Source of the DNA: a virus
Taxonomy: Duplodnaviria > Heunggongvirae > Uroviricota > Caudoviricetes
Virus record (IMG/VR): IMGVR_UViG_2526164662_000048
Coordinates: 1-7,344 of that record
Direction: 5' to 3' (one strand)
Length of the DNA stretch: 7,344 nt
Part shown: positions 1-7,073 of the stretch, piece by piece
Layout: each line of letters starts with the position of its first letter
How positions within the stretch are numbered: position 1 is the stretch's first letter
Program-made: the position numbers and the translations under genes
Notes under the pieces: generated by a model
Databases searched by the model: none
The model's input: only the letters and a program-made list of their open reading frames with translations
Told to the model about the DNA's origin: nothing

Positions 1-2208
1 GGCCGCACGCTGTGCGTCTTCGATTTTCTTGCGCGCCCTTTCCGCTTCATCCGGAAGCACACCGAGCTTTTCAAGTATCCACGCCAGCGTATCCAGCAAC
101 ATTTTTGCAGGTGTCAGAACAAGTTGTAACGCACCGCCAAGAACGTTACCGAATATCTCGCCAGCACTGGTACATTTATCCAGCGTTTCCTTGCTGGACT
201 CCATCGGTGACAGCAGCGATTTAAACCAGTTAAACACCTGGCTGATCCCGCTTCCGATTGCGTCAAAAACAGGACCAAACCGTTCAAAGGTTTCGCGCAA
301 CGGGGTCAGCCTTTCCATAATCCCGCTGAACACCCCGGCAAAAAATGCCCTGATGGGATCCCAGTATTTCCAGATAAGAACGGCAGCTCCGGCAAGCGCA
401 GCCACAATAAGACCAACCGGACTGAACAACGCCCCGATAGCGCCTCCCAGTAAAGAAACGGAACCCGTCACCATTCCCCATAGTGCTGGCAGGACCCTGA
501 CAGCATTCATTGATCCGGTCAGGAGAGAAAAACCAAGACGCAGTTTTGCCAGCGGACCAGCAAGCACACCAATAGCCAGCGACAACGAGCCAACCGTTGC
601 AGTCATTGCCAGCAACGCACCGCCTGCTATCAGTAGCTGGCGCGTCAGTGCCGGATGGGCCTGCGCCAGCGCCGTCACCCTTGATACCACCCGCGTGAGC
701 CACTGCGTGACAGAACGCAGCGGACCGTCAATCAGATCTGCAATGCGGATGCGCAACCCTTCCCATGCACTGCCGAGTGATTTCAGATCGCCGTCAAGGT
801 TGTTGGCCATAACCTTTGCTGTGCGTTCAGCCTCACCGCGCGCGCCTTCAAGTTCTTTTCTCAGTTTGGGTAAGGAACCGTCACCCGCTGCATCAACGAG
901 CGCCATAAACGATGTGAAAGCCTCTTCTCCGGCAATGTCCTTAAAGAACGATACCCGGTCAACTTCCCCGTATTTGCGGGTGGCTTTATAAAGGTCGGCC
1001 AGCACATCCTCCATCGGGCGCATTTTGCCCCCGGCATCCGAGACAGACACGCCCAGCTCTTTCAGCGCCTCTGCTGCCGCCTTTGGCGGTGATGCCAGAC
1101 GAGCCAGGCTGGCACGCATTGCCGTCCCGGCATCACTTCCCCTGATACCCATATTCGCCAGCACGCCCGCCATCGCTGCGGCCTGCTCCAGCGATATTCC
1201 CAGCTTGCCCGCCACCGGACCTGCATATTTCATGGTTTCGCCCAGTGCGCGTAAATCAGTATTGGTCCGGGTAAATGCTGCTGTCAGCGTATCGCCCACC
1301 CGGTCCATTTGATCGGCTGTCAGGTTGAACTGTGTGAGGATATTTGAGCCAATATCTGCCGTCTCGCCGAGATCCATACCGCCAGCCGTTGCCATGCTCA
1401 GCACGCCGGGAAGCGCAGCCTGAATGGCCTGCGGAGTGAAGCCAGCCATTGCAAGAAATGCCTGTCCACTGGCGGCATCGCCTGCGGTGAACTGCGTTTC
1501 AGAGCCAAGTTTTAACGCCTGCTCACGCAGCGCCTTAAACTGCGGGCTGTTCTGGTCGATTCGCGTCAGTGCCTGAACGCGGGACATCTCTTTGCCGAAC
1601 CCGATCGCAGGCTGCAAAAAACGCCCGGCAGCATAGCCGCTCGCCGCTGCCGCACCAATTGCCAGCGCACCACCTGTTTTCAGTTTTCCCGCGGTTTCCT
1701 GCGCGCGCGAATACCGCTCACGCGCCCGCGTTACACGCGCAAGCGCCTGCCGTTCGCGTTCAAGCTGGTTGTTGTACTGTTCGGTGCGTCTGATGGCCTG
1801 CTGGATGGTGTTATCGCTGCCTGTCAGGGAAATGCCGTGGCGTTTCAGCTCTCCGCCAATCTCCCGCATTTTCTGAATTTCCCGTGTGCGCGATTCATTC
1901 AGGCGTTCAAGCCGGGTGCTTAACTGCTGCATCAGCTTTTGTTGTTTTTCGCTGAGCACTGTACCCGTGCGTTGTAACTGATTAAGGGCGTTAAGCTGGC
2001 GTCGTGCTTTCACGATACCCGCATCCGCTTTACTGACAGCGTCGCGGGCGCGCTCAAATGAACGCGCCTGACGCTCGAGATTTTTGATCGCCCCCTGCGT
2101 TCGCTGGATGGAGTCACCAAACTGCCCCATCAGGCGGCGGGCGTTTTCGGCAGGCCGGGTCAGCCTGTCAACGGCGCTGAAAGCGACCCGGATATCAAGA
2201 GTCTTCAT
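1..2208 (-). CDS. T: Tail tape measure protein (P2 gpT-like), 3' end truncated by the window edge
   Basis: I scanned the minus-strand frame codon by codon: it is open for all 736 codons from the ATG at 2208..2206 to position 1, with no stop. N-terminus translates MKTLDIRVAFSAVDRLTRPAENARRLMGQFGDSIQRTQGAIKNLERQ, followed by a coiled-coil-like, Ala/Gly-rich body typical of tape measures. It sits directly downstream of E/E' as in P2 FETUD. An in-frame ATG at 2217..2215 is an alternative start. The plus-strand ORFs listed here are antisense artefacts. Confidence 0.85.
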   Translation of the reverse strand, partial: MKTLDIRVAFSAVDRLTRPAENARRLMGQFGDSIQRTQGAIKNLERQARSFERARDAVSKADAGIVKARRQLNALNQLQRTGTVLSEKQQKLMQQLSTRLERLNESRTREIQKMREIGGELKRHGISLTGSDNTIQQAIRRTEQYNNQLERERQALARVTRARERYSRAQETAGKLKTGGALAIGAAAASGYAAGRFLQPAIGFGKEMSRVQALTRIDQNSPQFKALREQALKLGSETQFTAGDAASGQAFLAMAGFTPQAIQAALPGVLSMATAGGMDLGETADIGSNILTQFNLTADQMDRVGDTLTAAFTRTNTDLRALGETMKYAGPVAGKLGISLEQAAAMAGVLANMGIRGSDAGTAMRASLARLASPPKAAAEALKELGVSVSDAGGKMRPMEDVLADLYKATRKYGEVDRVSFFKDIAGEEAFTSFMALVDAAGDGSLPKLRKELEGARGEAERTAKVMANNLDGDLKSLGSAWEGLRIRIADLIDGPLRSVTQWLTRVVSRVTALAQAHPALTRQLLIAGGALLAMTATVGSLSLAIGVLAGPLAKLRLGFSLLTGSMNAVRVLPALWGMVTGSVSLLGGAIGALFSPVGLIVAALAGAAVLIWKYWDPIRAFFAGVFSGIMERLTPLRETFERFGPVFDAIGSGISQVFNWFKSLLSPMESSKETLDKCTSAGEIFGNVLGGALQLVLTPAKMLLDTLAWILEKLGVLPDEAERARKKIEDAQRAA

Positions 2209-2297
2209 TGTCTGCATTCCCGCTGCGAAGTGCCGCCCGCTCACGCCAGCTAACCACTTCGCCGGGCGTCATCATGAAGATTTCGGCGGGCGACCAG

Positions 2298-2725
2298 TTA
2301 AAAATGGCGGCAATATCCGCCACCAAAGTCTTCTATGTGCTCAAAGCACACAAGGGTGATTACGCTGCCGTCTCCTGCACGCTCTTCGCGCCAGAGTCTG
2401 GCTCGCTCATAAAATTTACAGCCACTGCGCACAACTGAATAAAATCGCGTGACGACATTTTTTTGATCGTCACTTCATCCAGTCGCGGTGATGTCACGCG
2501 TGACAGCAGCGTAAACATGGATTCCGCTTTCAGATTCAGCACATCAGACAGCGACAGACCACGCAGAGATCCAGCCTGCTCAATAGCCCCGGTGATCTCC
2601 ACATACGTGATTTTTTCGCCGCCTCGCTCAATTGGTTGGGTCAGTTTTACGCCACGCTCACTGGTTTCTTTCACAGTGTCAGCAACTACCGTGTTTTCGG
2701 TATCGATGTTTTTCGTCTCTTTCAT
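2298..2725 (-). CDS. E+E' fusion made by a programmed -1 frameshift (predicted 142 aa: about 89 aa of E plus a 53-aa E' extension)
   Basis: On the minus strand a run of 7 A (plus 2458..2464) lies in the context ATC AAA AAA ATG. The -1 frame is closed by a TGA at 2477..2475 just upstream, then open for 53 codons (NVVTRFYSVVRSGCKFYERARLWREERAGDGSVITLVCFEHIEDFGGGYCRHF) to a TAA at 2300..2298. The predicted total of 142 aa matches what I recall for P2 gpE+E'. Confidence 0.6.
2360..2725 (-). CDS. E: Tail assembly chaperone (P2 gpE-like), zero-frame product of 121 aa
   Basis: ORF in the track; good SD (minus strand AAGGAG about 7 nt upstream of the ATG at 2725..2723). Small acidic protein located between tail tube and tape measure, the conserved position of the tail chaperone. 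Confidence 0.85.
   Translation of the reverse strand: MKETKNIDTENTVVADTVKETSERGVKLTQPIERGGEKITYVEITGAIEQAGSLRGLSLSDVLNLKAESMFTLLSRVTSPRLDEVTIKKMSSRDFIQLCAVAVNFMSEPDSGAKSVQETAA
2457..2465 (-). other. Candidate slippery site (A7 run) for the E/E' -1 frameshift
   Basis: It is the only homopolymeric or slippery sequence in the 16-nt interval where the zero and -1 frames are both open. tRNA-Lys re-pairing on AAA is a classic -1 slip. Confidence 0.5.
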
Positions 2726-2779
2726 CAGGAAACTCCTTTCAGTCAGAGGCGACGCACTGCGCCGCCTGCATATTACTTA

Positions 2780-3292
2780 TCAGCCAAGCCCAAGCGCGGA
2801 ACGGATGCGATCGGGCACAATGTCCTTGCCGTCCTTCCGGTAAATGAAGTTCAGCAGGTCAATCTCCCACAGCGGGCGATCGTTAACGCTCAGCTTGTAG
2901 TAGGTGTTTTTAACAGCGTAAGTGTGTGATGTGGCTTCGCCCTGTTTGGCTTCCCCCATATCAATTTCCGTCACACGTCCACGCATCTCGACTTCATACA
3001 GGTCGCTTTCTGCATCGGTGTAGTATTCACCCGCAAAACGCAGCAGCGTGCCGTCAATCGTGCCGCCATACTTAAGGAACAGCTCACGAACTGCGCCCCC
3101 CATGACAAAGCTCGCATCAAGCGCGGAGTCGTCCAGACCGAGATCAATACTTACCGCACCCATCATGCCACCACCACGATAGCTGTCGGTTTTGCGCGTC
3201 AGCTTAGGCAGAGTGACGGACGTCACCTTACCCACTTCGTTTTCACCATCCACAAACAGCGTAAAAAAGCGAAGATGTTTTGGCACAGCCAT
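2780..3292 (-). CDS. FII: Major tail tube protein (P2 gpFII-like), 170 aa
   Basis: ORF in the track. The protein (MAVPKHLRFFTLFVDGENEVGKVTSVTLPKLTRKTDSYRGGGMMGAVSIDLGLDD...) closely matches my recollection of the P2 FII family (LPKLTRK, YRG.GM, DLGLDD, MRGR..EID.GE.KQGE). Its start overlaps the FI stop (TGATG). Confidence 0.93.
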   Translation of the reverse strand: MAVPKHLRFFTLFVDGENEVGKVTSVTLPKLTRKTDSYRGGGMMGAVSIDLGLDDSALDASFVMGGAVRELFLKYGGTIDGTLLRFAGEYYTDAESDLYEVEMRGRVTEIDMGEAKQGEATSHTYAVKNTYYKLSVNDRPLWEIDLLNFIYRKDGKDIVPDRIRSALGLG

Positions 3293-4476
3293 CAGGCACC
3301 TCCCAGCACCGCAAATGCGGGTTCAAAGTATTCATCAGTAAACGTCTGGTAAAGCTCCATATCTTCCAGCGGCGGAACAGGCGTATATTTGTAGCGAATA
3401 CGCACACGCCCCTGACGTAAATCCGTGGTGCTGTTATCCACCACGTCATACCAGCACTCCGCGCCAATCAGTTTCCCGGCAGTAACCAGTGAATCCAGCT
3501 TTGCCCTGATGGCACTGATTACATCCTTCACGTTCGCAGGCGTCAGTGGACTGTCGATGGTTTCAAACTGCGCTTCCGCAATTGAATCAGCCAACACCTG
3601 TGCGGTTCGGGTATACACCTCAAAGATGTAGGCGTTCGTTTCCGGTGTGCGGTTGCCCCAGAAGCGGAACCCGTTGCGACGAATAATGGTCGTGATTTCT
3701 TTGTTGTTGAGGCTGTTGGCATCACTGTCTTCGGCCTGCAACGACCAGAACACATGCCTGGACATCCCCAGCACATTTTTAACCGGAACGTTGGACAGTG
3801 ATTTGTGCCACCCCTGCTCATGGTCAATGTACGCACGAAGGCCGCACGCATAGGCAGGCGCGGGGAACGTTTCGTTTTTGCCACTTTTCGGGTTGTAGGC
3901 GATGAAGTCCGGCCATAAGAGCATCACCTCACGTTCGTTGAATTTCTGGCGGTAGGTAATCGCCTCAGCCATCGTGTTACAGCCGTGACATGAGGCATAC
4001 ACAAACGCGCGCAGTTTACCCGCAATCACGCACAGGGATTTTGTCACCGCCTCCGTGTCCAGCTCCGGCGCGGCCAGAATACGCGGACGGTATCCGATGC
4101 TTTCATCCTGCTCTGCAACAAGCAGCGCATACATCCCCGTATAGCTGCCGTCATCCTCAGAACCACCGATAACCAGTTGATCCTGCGTCTTTCCGTCTTC
4201 TTCTTTGTGTTCAGCCACGCGAACGACGATCACCTTTGTGCTCACCTGGTCTGCGATGGCCTTAAGCGCACGATAAAGCGTCCCCGTTGTTCCGCATTTT
4301 CCCAGCACGTCATTGACGCGGGTCAGCAGTGTGGGCTTGTTCAGCGGGAACAGCTCCGCGTCCGCATCATCCGCCGTTGCCACGATACCGATAACACTGG
4401 AATCAACATCATTAATCGCTGTTACCAGGTCGGTACTTTCCGTAACACGGGCACCATGAAAACGAGTTTCACTCAT
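3292..4476 (-). CDS. FI: Contractile tail sheath protein (P2 gpFI-like), 394 aa
   Basis: ORF in the track. Sequence tracks P2 FI along its length as I recall it (DADAE.FPLNKP, LRAF.Y, WPDF, IDHEQGWHK.LSNV, RRNGFRFWGNRT, YTRTAQV, YKYTPVPPLE). SD AAGGGG about 8 nt upstream of the ATG at 4476..4474. Confidence 0.95.
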   Translation of the reverse strand: MSETRFHGARVTESTDLVTAINDVDSSVIGIVATADDADAELFPLNKPTLLTRVNDVLGKCGTTGTLYRALKAIADQVSTKVIVVRVAEHKEEDGKTQDQLVIGGSEDDGSYTGMYALLVAEQDESIGYRPRILAAPELDTEAVTKSLCVIAGKLRAFVYASCHGCNTMAEAITYRQKFNEREVMLLWPDFIAYNPKSGKNETFPAPAYACGLRAYIDHEQGWHKSLSNVPVKNVLGMSRHVFWSLQAEDSDANSLNNKEITTIIRRNGFRFWGNRTPETNAYIFEVYTRTAQVLADSIAEAQFETIDSPLTPANVKDVISAIRAKLDSLVTAGKLIGAECWYDVVDNSTTDLRQGRVRIRYKYTPVPPLEDMELYQTFTDEYFEPAFAVLGGA

Positions 4477-4633
4477 AGCTTCAGCCCCTTGTATCCGTTA
4501 AATGATTCGGCAACAATCATCACCCACCACGCGCGTAATCTCACTCCTGCGCCGTTCTCCCGCCACGGCGACAACAAAAAGCAGTAACCCCCTCCGCACG
4601 CACATGCGACCATGCCGCACAGGGAGGGAACAG
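4477..4633. promoter_or_regulatory. Divergent intergenic region between FI (leftward) and D (rightward); must hold promoters for both
   Basis: 157-bp non-coding gap between two divergent start codons, each with its own SD (AGGGAGGG 5 nt before the D ATG at 4634). I could not pick out convincing -35/-10 elements or a P2-type TGT-N12-ACA late-promoter dyad by eye. Confidence 0.4.
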
Positions 4634-5743
4634 ATGACCGACACCACCATGCAATTGCTCAGTCAGGGCACAGACCCCGTGAAAATGCCGGATTTTGATA
4701 TTCTCGCGGAGGGTAAAACGCTGTCAGGCGTGGCAGAGCGCCTGATGAGCCTGTCACTGACCGACAACCGGGGATTTGAGGCGGACCAGCTCACCATCAC
4801 GCTGGATGATGCGGATGGTCAGTTGCAGCTACCCCCACGGGGCGCGCGCCTGACGGTTCTCATTGGCTGGAAGGGAGAACCGCTGACAGAAAAAGGCACT
4901 TACATTGTTGATGAAATCGCTCACGAAGGACCGCCGGACAGGCTGACTGTTTCAGCCAGAAGCGCAGATTTTCGGGATGAATTTAACGTTAAACGTGAGG
5001 TGTCCTGGCATGATGTGACCCTTGAGCGTGTGGTATCCGCCATCGCTCATCGGTATGGTCTGAAACCACAAATCAGCGAAATGCTGATGGATATCGAAAT
5101 CGACCACGCCGACCAGACCGAAGAAAGCGACATGTCCTTCCTTACGCGCATGGCGGAAATGCTGGGCGCAATCACCACGGTAAAAAGCGGTAATCTGTTA
5201 TTCATCATGCCAGGTGGTGGCGTGAACGCACAGGGCCAGCCGTTGCCCTCGTTCGTCATTACACGCAGCAGCGGCGATCGCCATCAGTTCCGCATTGCTG
5301 ACCGCGAGGCGTATACGGGTGTACGCGCCTACTGGCTTGATCTTAATTACGGGAAAAAGAAAAAAGTCAGCGTGAAACGCCGCAAACCGCCAAAACCCAA
5401 AAAGGAGAAAAGCAGTAGCCGTGAAGGTGATTATATGGAAGGCGCAGAAGGCAATGTGTTTGTGTTACGCAAGACTTATCAGAACGAGCAGGCAGCAAGA
5501 CGCGCAGCGGCGGCAAAGTGGCAGCAGCTACAACGCGGAGCCGCAGCGTTCTCCATCACACTGGCACGTGGACGCGCAGAACTCTACCCCGAAATGCATG
5601 GCACGGTAACAGGATTTAAAAGCGAAATTGATAATCAGGACTGGATTATTGCAAAAGCCGAGCACACCATTGATAACAGTGGCTTTACCACGCAGCTTGA
5701 GCTTGAAGCCAAAATCCCGGAATGGATAGCAGAAACAGAGTAA
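4634..5743 (+). CDS. D: Tail protein D (P2 gpD, late control D family), 369 aa
   Basis: The track ORF 4502..5743 is trimmed to the ATG at 4634, which has a strong SD. The protein matches the gpD family as I recall it (SLTDNRGFEADQL, GWKG, RSADFR, SWHD, FLTR.AE, ITRS.GDRH.F.IADR.AYTG, lysine-rich KKKKVSVKRRKPPKPKKEK stretch, NSGFTT.LELE). Confidence 0.9.
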   Translation: MTDTTMQLLSQGTDPVKMPDFDILAEGKTLSGVAERLMSLSLTDNRGFEADQLTITLDDADGQLQLPPRGARLTVLIGWKGEPLTEKGTYIVDEIAHEGPPDRLTVSARSADFRDEFNVKREVSWHDVTLERVVSAIAHRYGLKPQISEMLMDIEIDHADQTEESDMSFLTRMAEMLGAITTVKSGNLLFIMPGGGVNAQGQPLPSFVITRSSGDRHQFRIADREAYTGVRAYWLDLNYGKKKKVSVKRRKPPKPKKEKSSSREGDYMEGAEGNVFVLRKTYQNEQAARRAAAAKWQQLQRGAAAFSITLARGRAELYPEMHGTVTGFKSEIDNQDWIIAKAEHTIDNSGFTTQLELEAKIPEWIAETE

Positions 5744-5937
5744 ACAACTTAGATGCATTAGCCCTGACATTTGCTAACGCGCTTACAGCAAGAATCATAA
5801 CCAATCTGACAGCCTACCCGGTGTCAAAATCAGAAGAGCCTTACATTAGAATATGTTAATTTGTAGCAAACAAATTTACACACAAATGATTACTGCTGAA
5901 ATAGCCCCCATAAATACCATGTCAAAGGATCCATGTT

Positions 5938-6603
5938 ATGAATATGCAAATTTTTATCGCACCAGCAGCCACAGTTGCTGCAGTCTGCCTTGCTGCATAT
6001 TTTGCTTTACGAAATGAACGTAAAAAGAAAGCACTTGAGATTAGAACAACTCAACTAGATCGAATATCAGAGCTAGTAAACCGAGCATCTACCAATTTGA
6101 TGCAATATACAGGTACTCTTGCCTCTATACTGGAAGCGCACGCCAAAGATAATTATCTACCGAACAAAAAATTTGACATTAATGTAATTAGCAAATGGAA
6201 AGATTGCCTCGATGAGAGTGAGGTCTGGGCGATTGATAGACAGCAACTAAGAACATGTCAGCACAGTCTGGAGTTTCATCGTGAAAAAGAATGGGCTGAA
6301 TGGAAAAAAATAATTCCACCATTACTTGATAAAATTGACCAATTTTTTCTCATATCTAAGCCAGGGCAACCTGTTACGTTTATAAATGGCCAAAACAAAA
6401 CAGCTGATGAACTACTTGTTTTCTCAAGATATTTGAGAAAACAAACAGCAGAAATTGAATCAGTACGTCAGCTGTTACTTTCTCAAATGAGAGAGGAATT
6501 CATCGAGTTAACTAGCTTTGAACCTGTCACAATGTTTAGCTTATTTAAATCAATAAAGAAAAATGTCATGCAATTTTTCTGTATCAGTGCTCTTAAAAAT
6601 TGA
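5938..6603 (+). CDS. Hypothetical membrane-anchored cargo (moron) protein, 221 aa, function unknown
   Basis: ORF in the track with SD AAAGGA 8 nt upstream. N-terminal hydrophobic helix (IFIAPAATVAAVCLAAYFAL) followed by RNERKKK, then a charged, probably helical soluble region. Hand counts of sample lines give roughly 25 to 45 percent GC here versus roughly 57 percent in the tail genes. Followed by a hairpin terminator. I recognise no family. Confidence 0.7.
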   Translation: MNMQIFIAPAATVAAVCLAAYFALRNERKKKALEIRTTQLDRISELVNRASTNLMQYTGTLASILEAHAKDNYLPNKKFDINVISKWKDCLDESEVWAIDRQQLRTCQHSLEFHREKEWAEWKKIIPPLLDKIDQFFLISKPGQPVTFINGQNKTADELLVFSRYLRKQTAEIESVRQLLLSQMREEFIELTSFEPVTMFSLFKSIKKNVMQFFCISALKN

Positions 6604-6618
6604 CGCTCTGTTGCAAGC

Positions 6619-6647
6619 AACCCCAGTGTTAAACTGGGGTTATTCTT
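6619..6647 (+). terminator. Putative rho-independent terminator of the cargo gene
   Basis: Perfect 9-bp stem AACCCCAGT (6619..6627) / ACTGGGGTT (6633..6641) with a 5-nt loop GTTAA, followed by the T-rich ATTCTT, 15 nt after the cargo stop codon. Confidence 0.5.
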
Positions 6648-6752
6648 GCTAAGAGACCTTTCTACGGCATCAGTAAACAAAACGAACTATCAGTTGGAGT
6701 CTGAGCAAGTTCAGCCTAAACTAGCGACAGCACTACGTTAAGGGAGGTCGCT

Positions 6753-7013
6753 ATGTTCCGTTGTCCGCTTTGTGGCGCATCTGCCCGTATCCGCACCAGT
6801 CGTCCGGAAAATGATTCAAACACCGTGCGGCAAAAGTATTACCAGTGTAACAACCTGGAATGCGGCGTATGCTTCTCAACACTGGAAGCTTTCCATAAAT
6901 TCACATCGAAACACGCCTCCGGCATCCACTCTTCAGAAGATATCCCGTGGCATGAGCTGCCAGCTTCACACAGGGGAAACAATCAGATGAGCTTGCCTTT
7001 ACCTCAGAATTAA
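6753..7013 (+). CDS. ogr: Ogr/Delta-family zinc-finger late transcription activator, 86 aa
   Basis: MFRCPLCGASARIRTSR...QKYYQCNNLECGVCFSTLEAF matches the Ogr signature (MFHCPLC...ARTSR...RYHQC.N..C...F, with Cys-X2-Cys ... Cys-X4-Cys). Strong SD AAGGGAGG 6 nt upstream. Position just downstream of D matches P2. Confidence 0.88.
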   Translation: MFRCPLCGASARIRTSRPENDSNTVRQKYYQCNNLECGVCFSTLEAFHKFTSKHASGIHSSEDIPWHELPASHRGNNQMSLPLPQN

Positions 7014-7022
7014 CAGGCAGAA

Positions 7023-7051
7023 TTGCCGGAGTAACAAAAAAGCGATAGATT
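7023..7051 (+). promoter_or_regulatory. Candidate sigma70 promoter for the hok/mok-like transcript (TTGCCG-17 bp-TAGATT)
   Basis: -35-like TTGCCG at 7023..7028 and -10-like TAGATT at 7046..7051 with a 17-bp spacer, about 25 bp upstream of the Mok-like ATG. Hexamer matches are partial (4/6 each), so this is tentative. Confidence 0.25.
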
Positions 7052-7073
7052 ACGCGCGGGTGCCTTTCGGCTG

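Noticed and set aside
284-703. Minus-strand 139-aa ORF
   Set aside because: Out-of-frame ORF nested inside the tape measure gene; Cys/Gly/Trp-rich junk translation.
29-991. Plus-strand ORFs 12..224, 29..991, 1025..1312, 1569..1793, 2084..2359 and 2208..2438 in the first 2.4 kb
   Set aside because: All lie antisense to the uninterrupted 736-codon minus-strand tape measure frame (or the E' region). Their products are Ala/Ser/Pro/Arg-rich, as expected from reading a GC-rich gene on the wrong strand, and none has a convincing RBS.
2463-2929. Plus-strand ORFs 2463..2843, 2632..2847 and 2636..2929
   Set aside because: Antisense to E and FII, which have strong family matches and proper SDs.
3243-4587. 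ORFs 3243..3467(-), 3425..3631(+), 3543..3884(-), 3647..3853(+), 3990..4172(+) and 4177..4587(+)
   Set aside because: Alternative-frame or antisense ORFs embedded in the tail sheath gene FI, which matches the P2 sheath family over its full length.
4502-4633. N-terminal extension of the D ORF as listed in the track (start at 4502)
   Set aside because: That start lies in the divergent intergenic region, has no SD and adds a non-conserved leader. The ATG at 4634 has a strong AGGGAGGG SD at ideal spacing.
5047-5770. ORFs 5047..5259(-), 5421..5609(+) and 5528..5770(-)
   Set aside because: Embedded in or antisense to gene D.
5858-5876. 7-bp inverted repeat AATTTGT-N5-ACAAATT upstream of the cargo gene, a possible operator
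   Set aside because: In a stretch this AT-rich, a 7-bp inverted repeat within 200 bp is about what chance predicts. No second copy or flanking promoter hexamers make it compelling. Worth a look only if a regulator is later implicated.
5744-5937. Promoter hexamers for the cargo gene (for example TGATTA-18 bp-TAAATA around 5887..5916)
   Set aside because: Several weak alternatives exist in this AT-rich stretch and none stands out. I left the promoter unassigned rather than pick one.
6483-6680. Minus-strand 65-aa ORF
   Set aside because: Antisense to the 3' end of the cargo gene and running through its terminator hairpin; no RBS.
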